A DNA stretch of 64,000 bases from Candidatus Woesearchaeota archaeon (GTDB taxonomy: Archaea > Nanobdellota > Nanobdellia > SCGC-AAA011-G17 > JACPIM01): NCBI GenBank assembly GCA_043817645.1, contig JBDRGP010000034.1, positions 15,020-79,019 on the forward strand, given 5' to 3'. Both the position numbers and the translations under genes were made by a program. The notes beneath the pieces were generated by a model. That model was not told the DNA's origin. It worked only from the letters and a program-made list of their open reading frames with translations, and ran no database searches. Below, in pieces: positions 57,550-64,000 of this stretch; the stretch's first letter is position 1; each line of letters starts with the position of its first letter.

Positions 57550-57868
57550 ACCGATCCCAATACCCAGTATCTCGACCATATACTCTATTTACTAAGTTTG
57601 CAAATTCCGCGGTATCTGCACCTACAGGAAGACGTAATGTCTCAAAAAGACTACCTAATTCAACATAAAACTCCATCTCCAGTCGATCAGCTATTCCCTC
57701 AACTTCGCCTCCTAGCCCGGAATTAAATCGTAGAACCGCTCCAGCCAAAGAGGCTCTAAATCTTTCATCAATAAAAAGTCTCTGACCCTCTCGCCCTATA
57801 TCCTCCCAAACTCGATCAACAATATACTGTAAAAAAATCTTTCCTCTAGAATTTCCATCCTCACCCAT
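57527..57868 (-). CDS. hypothetical protein in second GC-richer patch
   Basis: 113 aa, lysine-poor and Arg/Gly/Glu-rich; composition differs from the surrounding genes. Confidence 0.3.
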   Translation of the reverse strand: MGEDGNSRGKIFLQYIVDRVWEDIGREGQRLFIDERFRASLAGAVLRFNSGLGGEVEGIADRLEMEFYVELGSLFETLRLPVGADTAEFANLVNRVYGRDTGYWDRFTRTQSQ

Positions 57869-57913
57869 AAATCATCAAAAAGTAAAAGCGGCTAATAGAG
57901 TTTATAATAATTT

Positions 57914-58453
57914 TTATTCTAAATCATACCTCTCCAAGACACTATATTTAGGACCATCTTTACTCAATTCACTTTTTACCAAAGAAAAATCTTTAACAGT
58001 AAAACTCTCCCAAGGAAGTTTAACGTTCTTTAAGGCATCCAAAAACTTTTTCTTATCCTTAACAAACTTAACTCTTCCTAAAGTAACATGAACAGAAAAT
58101 CTTTCCTCTTTCTCAAATAAACTACCCAATTTCAACTCAATATCCCCATGCAGCCCCATAACTTCCTTTTCAGGCCTCAAACTAACCCACACCACATTAA
58201 TTCTTTGATCACTAGGAAACCAACCGACTTTATCTAAACTAACAACAAACTTCTTAAATTTAAGCTCCTTTAATATTTTTCTTACCAACTCAATATCTTT
58301 TTCATCAACAGAACCTAAAAATTTTAAAGTCTGATGTAAATTTTTTTTAGCAACCCAATTTACTTTAGCAAATTCATTCCCAACAGTTTTTTGTAAAGAA
58401 TATAATACCGCCTTAATTTTCAAAGGCAATTCAATTCCAATAAAAATTCTCAT
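57914..58453 (-). CDS. 2H phosphoesterase (RNA 2',3'-cyclic phosphodiesterase / LigT-like)
   Basis: 179 aa with two H.T. motifs (HQTLKFLG and HVTLGRV). Confidence 0.65.
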   Translation of the reverse strand: MRIFIGIELPLKIKAVLYSLQKTVGNEFAKVNWVAKKNLHQTLKFLGSVDEKDIELVRKILKELKFKKFVVSLDKVGWFPSDQRINVVWVSLRPEKEVMGLHGDIELKLGSLFEKEERFSVHVTLGRVKFVKDKKKFLDALKNVKLPWESFTVKDFSLVKSELSKDGPKYSVLERYDLE

Positions 58454-58476
58454 AAAGCAAACTCTAACTTCCCCAT

Positions 58477-58956
58477 TTATATTTTTATCTCAACAAAATC
58501 TCCAGATTCAATACCTTTCTCCATACTATATCCCTTATTCACTTCCAAAACATACTTGACGTCCTTCAAAGAATCATAAGTCCTACAAGGATCTTCTTCA
58601 CAAGGCACAGCCACTTCAATATTAATTATCCTAAAATCTTCTGAAATAAAAATAATATCTAAAGGAATCAAAGTATTCTTCATCCAAAAACTTCTAATTT
58701 TAGAATCTTCATAAACAAATAACATTCCTTCATTTTTTTTTAAAGATTCTCTAAACATTAAACCTTTGGATCTTTCTTCAGGAGCATCAGCAATCTCAAC
58801 ATCAATCACCTTTCCATTAATAACAACCTTATTACTAAAACCACAACCAGTAACGAACATCAAAAAAATAAACAAAAAAACAAACAAATACTTTTTCATC
58901 TTATCTCTCAATTTCCCCAGCAATAAATCTCTCCACCCTCTGTCTAGCTTCTTCAT
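58477..58956 (-). CDS. DUF192-family protein (secreted/anchored)
   Basis: 159 aa with N-terminal TM; GLMFRESLKKNEGMLFVYE...PLDIIFI matches the DUF192 (COG1430) pattern. Confidence 0.5.
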   Translation of the reverse strand: MKKLDRGWRDLLLGKLRDKMKKYLFVFLFIFLMFVTGCGFSNKVVINGKVIDVEIADAPEERSKGLMFRESLKKNEGMLFVYEDSKIRSFWMKNTLIPLDIIFISEDFRIINIEVAVPCEEDPCRTYDSLKDVKYVLEVNKGYSMEKGIESGDFVEIKI

Positions 58957-60010
58957 CAGAATACTGCTTAATAGGATGTTTCATAAAATAAGCAGATACA
59001 GATTCCAATACGCCACCAACCGGTCTATCCAGGGCCAACTTACAACACCTTATAGCATCAACAGTTATGCCTGCACTATTCGGAGAATCCTCCACACTCA
59101 ACCTCAATTCTAATTCAAGAGGCACATCACCAAAATTTTTTCCTTCTATCCTTAAAAAACAAACTTTGTTATCCAACAGCCAAGGAATATAATCAGAAGG
59201 CCCTATATGAATATTCTCAGGCTCCAAGGACGCAGGCAACTGAGATTGAACAGCCTCTGTTTTACTTTTTCTCTTTAATTCTAACCTGGATCTCTCAAGC
59301 ATATTTAAAAAATCAGTATTTCCCCCAGTATTCAATTGATAAGTTCTAGAAATTTCTACACCTCTCTGAGAAAAAAGTTTTGCCAAAACCCTATGTATTA
59401 TTGTTGCCCCTACCTGGCTCTTAACATCATCTCCAACAATAGGCAACCGTCTTTTCTCAAATCTGCCAGCCCACTCAGCATCAGAAGCAATAAAAACAGG
59501 CACGCAATTTATCATTGCAACCCCAGCACTCAAACAAGCATTAGCATATAATTCCGTTGCTTTTTGAGAACCAACCGGCATATAGTTTATCAAGACTTCT
59601 GCACCAGATTGTCTCAAAACATCAACAATATTAACGGGCCCCTTACTAGAGATCACAAATCTCTTATCCTCAGGATATTCCTTCATATGCTCAGCAACTC
59701 CATCCAAAACCGGAGCCATTTGAACCAAAACTTCTAATTTAGGAACATCGCCACAAAAAATCTTAGTACAATTAGGTTTAGCAAAGATTGCCTCAGAAAG
59801 ATCTCTCCCAACCTTCCTAGCATCAATATCAAAAGCAACAACAGGTTTTATATCTAAGATCTTATATCCTCCCAAAACAGGATGCATAAGCCCAGGCACA
59901 ACACCACCGGTAACATTCTTGTAATAGAATAATCCTTGAATCAAAGAACTAGCACAATTTCCAACTCCGGCAATAGCAATTTTTATCTCGCCCATGGAAC
60001 CACAACCCAT
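58901..60010 (-). CDS. myo-inositol-1-phosphate synthase (archaeal-type)
   Basis: 369 aa with an N-terminal Rossmann IKIAIAGVGNCASSLIQG and archaeal IPS-like organisation. The true start is probably MGEIKIA, a few codons in. Confidence 0.6.
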   Translation of the reverse strand: MGCGSMGEIKIAIAGVGNCASSLIQGLFYYKNVTGGVVPGLMHPVLGGYKILDIKPVVAFDIDARKVGRDLSEAIFAKPNCTKIFCGDVPKLEVLVQMAPVLDGVAEHMKEYPEDKRFVISSKGPVNIVDVLRQSGAEVLINYMPVGSQKATELYANACLSAGVAMINCVPVFIASDAEWAGRFEKRRLPIVGDDVKSQVGATIIHRVLAKLFSQRGVEISRTYQLNTGGNTDFLNMLERSRLELKRKSKTEAVQSQLPASLEPENIHIGPSDYIPWLLDNKVCFLRIEGKNFGDVPLELELRLSVEDSPNSAGITVDAIRCCKLALDRPVGGVLESVSAYFMKHPIKQYSDEEARQRVERFIAGEIER

Positions 60011-60059
60011 CCAAATAACGGATAATCAGTCAAGAGAATATATAAAGATTTAGCAAGTT

Positions 60060-60839
60060 TTACACAAAAATCTCAAGTATCTTCTGACCAGCCCCAACAG
60101 TAACCCCATTAATATCCTTATCCGGATTAATCTCAACCAAATCAACCCGTTTTAAGTTACGTAAGTTACGTATCCTTTTCAAAAAATAAAGTAACTCCAG
60201 ACTACTCATCCCACCGGGCTCTAAATAACCCGTTCCCGGAGCAAAAGCAGGATCCAAAACATCAATATCAACACTTAGATACAATCCATCAAATTCCCTA
60301 GCCATTTCCATAACGGCATCACAAATATTCTCTTCATTATTAAATAATTGCTCCATAGTAAAGTATTTTATCTTATTTTTATCCAAAAACATCTTCTCCT
60401 TAGCATCAATAGCTCTCAAACCAATAAAAATAGTATTTTCTTTCTTCAAAACACCCTCCTTAATCAACCAATAAACCCAATTTTCATGATTCACAAACTC
60501 TTCAGGATAGCAATCTGGATGTGCATCAAAAATTACAATCCCAGCATTACTAAACTTTTTAGCAAACCCCCTAAAACATCCATAAGTTATACTATGATCC
60601 CCACCCAAAAAAATATCACCATTACTTTTTTCAATATTTTCCATAACATCATCAACATTAGATTTATTTATTTTAATTTCTTCCTCATCAAACTTTTTCC
60701 CAGAGGCTTCTCGCCAGCCTTTTTCCAAAAGAATATCTGGTGCTTTCTCACAACCAAGATTCATTTCCAAACATCCGCCAGAATACTTAATTTTCAAAAT
60801 TTTCATATTAACCAAACAAAGAAGTAAAAGTAGTAACAA
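60060..60839 (-). CDS. ureohydrolase (arginase/agmatinase family)
   Basis: 259 aa ORF: GGDHSITYG, DAHPD, SVDIDVLDPAFAPGTG (the Mn-binding blocks of arginase/agmatinase). Start probably at the internal MKILKIK. Confidence 0.65.
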   Translation of the reverse strand: MLLLLLLCLVNMKILKIKYSGGCLEMNLGCEKAPDILLEKGWREASGKKFDEEEIKINKSNVDDVMENIEKSNGDIFLGGDHSITYGCFRGFAKKFSNAGIVIFDAHPDCYPEEFVNHENWVYWLIKEGVLKKENTIFIGLRAIDAKEKMFLDKNKIKYFTMEQLFNNEENICDAVMEMAREFDGLYLSVDIDVLDPAFAPGTGYLEPGGMSSLELLYFLKRIRNLRNLKRVDLVEINPDKDINGVTVGAGQKILEIFV

Positions 60840-60929
60840 CTATAAAAACAATAAACAATAAGATTATCAATATCGCAGTAATAAAGATATTCTTAAAAAG
60901 TCCTGGCCAAAATTTTCTTTCTTTTCGTT

Positions 60930-61940
60930 TCATTTTGGATAAGCTCCCTTTGAAAGGTGGTTTAGTTCTTTAATATTTTTTCTAATTGGCCTTAATAATG
61001 TATTAATTTCAAAAGCTAAGGCCTCTTTCAGATCCAAAGGATGAAGTTCTTTTTTAACAAAGGCCTCTTCAATTTCTTTATAATTTTTAAAAACCAGATC
61101 TCCTCCATACTTCTTATCTCTTTTAACAACAAAAGTTTTATTACAATCTTCCTTAATAACCAGCACCACATACTCCAAAAAAGCCAAAACACCATTGTCT
61201 TTTACAGCGCCGGCTTCACAATAAGCTTTTCTAACCTTACTATTAACTGTTTTTTCATCATCCAATAAATCTATTTTACTGCTCTCAACAGACGCACTCA
61301 TTTTACCACCTTCTAATCCAGGTATCATCGGTGTCATAATCTCAACTCTAGGTTTATAACCAATCTTCGGCAAGTTTTCTCTTGCAAACATAAGCAATTT
61401 CCTCTGATCCAACCCACCATATTGCATATCAACATTCAAATAAACTTCATCAATAGCCTGCATTATCGGATAAATCAAGCCAGACAACTTAGGATTGTCT
61501 CCGAATTTCACAACCTCTGAAGCAGCCCTTTTGCAATCGTTAATATTCGTAAAACTAGACATCTTCAAAACATCCAAAACATAATCTTTTTTTAATTGGA
61601 AGTCAGAACCCTTCATAATTTTAAAATTCTTAATGTCTGCACCAATAGCCTTAAACATCAGAGGAATTAATTTGTTATAATATTTATACCTCTTCTCCAA
61701 AACATCCCAAGGAGTGTTATCCAAAGCACCATGCAAGTCCGCCAACAACAATGTAACTTTAAATCCCGCTTTCAAAAAATCAGCAAGTTTCAAAACCCAT
61801 AAAAAATAAGCAACGTGCGGCCTCCCAGTAATAGCAGTACCCAAATAAACACTCGGATTTTTTTTCTTTAAACGCTCTTTAAGTTCTTTCTCAGTAACAA
61901 TCTCTTCAGTATTTCTCTTAACAAGTTCTAACCTATCCAT
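60930..61940 (-). CDS. tyrS: tyrosyl-tRNA synthetase (archaeal type)
   Basis: 336 aa: YLGTAITGRPHVAYFL, LLADLHGALDN, KMSASVESSK, and a C-terminal KYGGDLVFKNYKEIEEAFVKKELHPLDLKEALAFEINTLLRPIRK, closely following the archaeal TyrRS pattern. Confidence 0.8.
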   Translation of the reverse strand: MDRLELVKRNTEEIVTEKELKERLKKKNPSVYLGTAITGRPHVAYFLWVLKLADFLKAGFKVTLLLADLHGALDNTPWDVLEKRYKYYNKLIPLMFKAIGADIKNFKIMKGSDFQLKKDYVLDVLKMSSFTNINDCKRAASEVVKFGDNPKLSGLIYPIMQAIDEVYLNVDMQYGGLDQRKLLMFARENLPKIGYKPRVEIMTPMIPGLEGGKMSASVESSKIDLLDDEKTVNSKVRKAYCEAGAVKDNGVLAFLEYVVLVIKEDCNKTFVVKRDKKYGGDLVFKNYKEIEEAFVKKELHPLDLKEALAFEINTLLRPIRKNIKELNHLSKGAYPK

Positions 61941-61980
61941 TACAAAATAAAGCCCACCTAATTAATATAAAGGTTTCTAA

Positions 61981-62849
61981 TCAAATTTTAAGACATCTAT
62001 ACTCCCCACCAATATCAAATTCTCTATGCATGTTTCTTATAGCCCCAATAGTGGCATCCGCAAGTTCTCTTGAAGAAAGCCCTCTAACATCTAAAGGCTC
62101 TCCAAAATTAACATACCCCTTTAACACGCCAAGCCTAGAACGAGAAGAAGAATACCAAACAAAATCAGTTCCCAAGTATATTCCTCTCCCCAACAAGTAT
62201 TTCAACTTAGCACTCACCCTATGTAAATGTCCTGTTGGCCCATCAGCATTTGCAGAAGCCATAATCTTCTTGCCTAGTTTCAACAAACCATAAGATCTGT
62301 CTTCAATCCTTTTAGAATACCTAACATGAACAGGAATAACCTGACACTCTTTTTCCATAACTTCCTGCGCCCTCGTTACAGAAGCAAAAAACATGCTCTT
62401 AAATTCACCTAAATCAGAAAATCCGGGAGTATACGTCCTACCGGGTTGCGCAAAAAAGAAAAAGTCTCTTCTTTTTATAATTTCAACAATTTTTTTAATT
62501 AAACCGACCCTATTCTTAGAATTTCTATCAAAAGAGACAGCACCAAACCTCTTAAAGAACTTTCTCAAAGGCCAAAACATCATATTCTCTCCTGCCAAAG
62601 TAACAGGCAAACTATCAACCCCATTCAAAAACCAGTAAAGACTAAGACCAATAGCAAATTCATCCGTATGACTAAAATGACTTGGCACATAAATCCTTCT
62701 CGTTTCCCCCCTGTGTTTATTTGACTCTCTCCAGATACTAAAACCTCATCCACCAAATTTCCCACCGCCCTCCTAACCACAGACCCCCGACTACACACAC
62801 GGTTACAATAGTCCTCAGCAAAATCAAACGCCACATCTTCCAAATTCAT
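61981..62849 (-). pseudogene. PlsC-like acyltransferase (H..xxD and FxxPGRT blocks) split by a frameshift in a C6 run (62706-62711); may be a sequencing error
   Basis: Downstream frame: ...IYVPSHFSHTDEFAIG...FFAQPGRTYTPG (compare NHQSxxD and FPEGTR). The upstream 74-aa ORF (62625-62849) reads ...LVSGESQINTGG in another frame. Adding one G (7 G on the coding strand) joins them into an ORF of about 300 aa. Without the fix the downstream part can only start at GTG. Confidence 0.4.
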
Positions 62850-62907
62850 TTTCGTGCTCAGTAGTTACATAACAATTTATAATTCTTTTCATATAACTTA
62901 AAGGTAC

Positions 62908-63252
62908 ATGGAAGAACGATCTCTTTTCAAATTAGCCCTTATAGTCTCATTAACAGGGCTACTTCTATTAATCTTCATATCAGACAAAATAGAGATAGAA
63001 GAATATGATATAAAAGACATTAATAAAAAATTAGTAAACAAACAAATAAAAGTTTCAGGAACAATAGAAAGAGTAACAGAAACACCTGGCCTAGTTATTT
63101 TTGACATCAAAGACAAAACAGGAACAATAACCGCAATAGCTTTCAAAGAGTCTTTCATAAATCTAACCAAAAACCGACATGTAGAGATAGAAGGACAGGT
63201 AATTACTTACAAAGACAAATTAGAAATTCAAGTAGATCAAATACTAACATGA
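62908..63252 (+). CDS. membrane-anchored OB-fold protein
   Basis: 114 aa with N-terminal TM plus an OB-like module (KQIKVSGTIERVTETPGLVIFDIKDKTGTITAIAFKE). Confidence 0.35.
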   Translation: MEERSLFKLALIVSLTGLLLLIFISDKIEIEEYDIKDINKKLVNKQIKVSGTIERVTETPGLVIFDIKDKTGTITAIAFKESFINLTKNRHVEIEGQVITYKDKLEIQVDQILT

Positions 63253-63285
63253 TACATAATAAAAAATCAAAGAGGTGAACGAGGC

Positions 63286-64000
63286 TTGTTTTTTGCAATT
63301 ATATTGGCCATTATTTTCGGTTTGATATTTGGCGTGCTGACGGGCCTCTTGCCCCGGCCTCCACCCAAATACAGTAGTTGTGGGCCTACTTGCAGTCTCC
63401 CCATTACTTCTTTCATTTACACCCCCTTTAATTTTAGCCGTCTTCATTATTTCAGTTGCAACGTCTAATACTTTCCTCGATTCAATTCCAAGCGCATATT
63501 TAGGCGCACCAGAAGAATCGACCGCATTAGGCGTTTTGCCAATGCATCGTTTTCTCTTAGCAGGCAAGGGTCATGAAGCAATAATCCTCACAGTAATGGG
63601 TGGGTTACTCGCATTAATTCTCGGAGTTTTTTTAATCTTCCCCCTGATCTACACTATAAAAACAATTTTCCCATTCCTACAAAAATCCATACCCTATATC
63701 TTAATCATCTCTGTAATATTCCTAATTTACAGAGAGAAAAAATCAAGATCCCTGGCCTTAGTAGTGTTTTTCCTTTCAGGCATTTTAGGTATGATAACCA
63801 TAAACTTTCCAAACCTGCCTCAGCCTTTATTTCCATTATTTTCCGGATTATTTGGTATATCAACACTCGTAATAAGCCTAAATTCGGATTCAAAAATTCC
63901 AAAACAACAAATAACATTCCCAAAAATAACAAAAAAAGAAATATTAAAAACAACACCTATAAGTGTTTTCTCAGGGGGTTTAGTATCAACTTTGCCGGCA
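63286..64000 (+). pseudogene. TctA/DUF112-family membrane transporter subunit, frameshifted at a C4 run (63352-63355), 3' end beyond window
   Basis: Frame A: MFFAIILAIIFGLIFGVLTGLLPRPPPKY..* (60 aa). Frame B from the same point: GLLPGLHPNTVVVGLLAVSPLLLSFTPPLILAVFIISVATSNTFLDSIPSAYLGAPEESTALGVLPMHRFLLAGKGHEAI... runs to the window end and matches TctA blocks (PG.hp...; PGE.aS...LDGh...r.G.a..A). Deleting one C merges the frames. Confidence 0.45.

Noticed and set aside
60154-60171. Perfect 9-bp tandem duplication aagttacgt x2 inside the ureohydrolase gene, encoding RNLRNL.
   Set aside because: In-frame, only two copies, within a C-terminal linker. Most simply a small replication-slippage duplication, not a repeat array or regulatory element. 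Could be polymorphic but too small to call a feature.
1-64000. Search for CRISPR arrays, rRNA genes and long non-coding repeats.
   Set aside because: No regularly spaced direct repeats with unique spacers were seen. The only tandem repeats are short in-frame coding repeats (43531-43578, 60154-60171) and the 12-bp promoter repeat at 23646-23669. No rRNA-like conserved blocks were recognised.

Overview
This is a 64-kb AT-rich archaeal chromosome segment. Spot counts put G+C at roughly one third; this is by eye, not computed. Genes are tightly packed and often overlap by ATGA or 4 to 14 nt.

The informational genes are archaeal in type: TBP, MCM, topoisomerase VI A and B, RPA, aIF-1A, aIF-2 beta, a KH/Dim2-like protein, an XPF-type nuclease, a Hef-like helicase, IleRS and TyrRS.

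Compactness, low GC, many secreted Cys-rich or giant surface proteins and the absence of biosynthetic operons suggest a small-genome, possibly host-associated (DPANN-like) archaeon. That is inference only.

Accessory content from start to end:
1. A defence/TA-like island (1-4.1 kb): an AbiEi/AbiEii-like pair, a membrane-anchored Hjc-like nuclease coupled to a stand-alone chorismate-mutase domain, and a HEPN/MNT pair.
2. A roughly 12-kb minus-strand operon for a type IV pilus-like machine (4162-15999): a VirB11/PilB-type ATPase, a TadC/FlaJ-like platform protein, a 59-aa RHH-like ORF, and at least 11 proteins with class-III (prepilin-like) N-termini. Four of these are unannotated ORFs below 60 aa.
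3. Three tandem paralogous membrane proteins.
4. An IS5-family element with 11-bp inverted repeats, and a second IS4-like transposase.
5. A tRNA with an approximately 74-nt intron, next to a LAGLIDADG-like ORF and stray tRNA-like D-arm fragments.
6. A putative surface module: a wH-KaiC-like ATPase, a 2121-aa parallel-beta-helix giant protein, and a coiled-coil membrane partner that shares the giant protein's C-terminal anchor module.
7. A secreted two-HKD PLD-like protein, several secreted Cys-rich proteins, and a second beta-helix protein with DNDCDG motifs and an in-frame 12-bp VNTR.
8. Two small GC-rich islands carrying lysine-poor ORFs.
9. Three genes broken by single-base slips in homopolymer runs: A6 in a histidine phosphatase, C6 in a PlsC-like acyltransferase, C4 in a TctA-like transporter.

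No rRNA genes or CRISPR array were seen.
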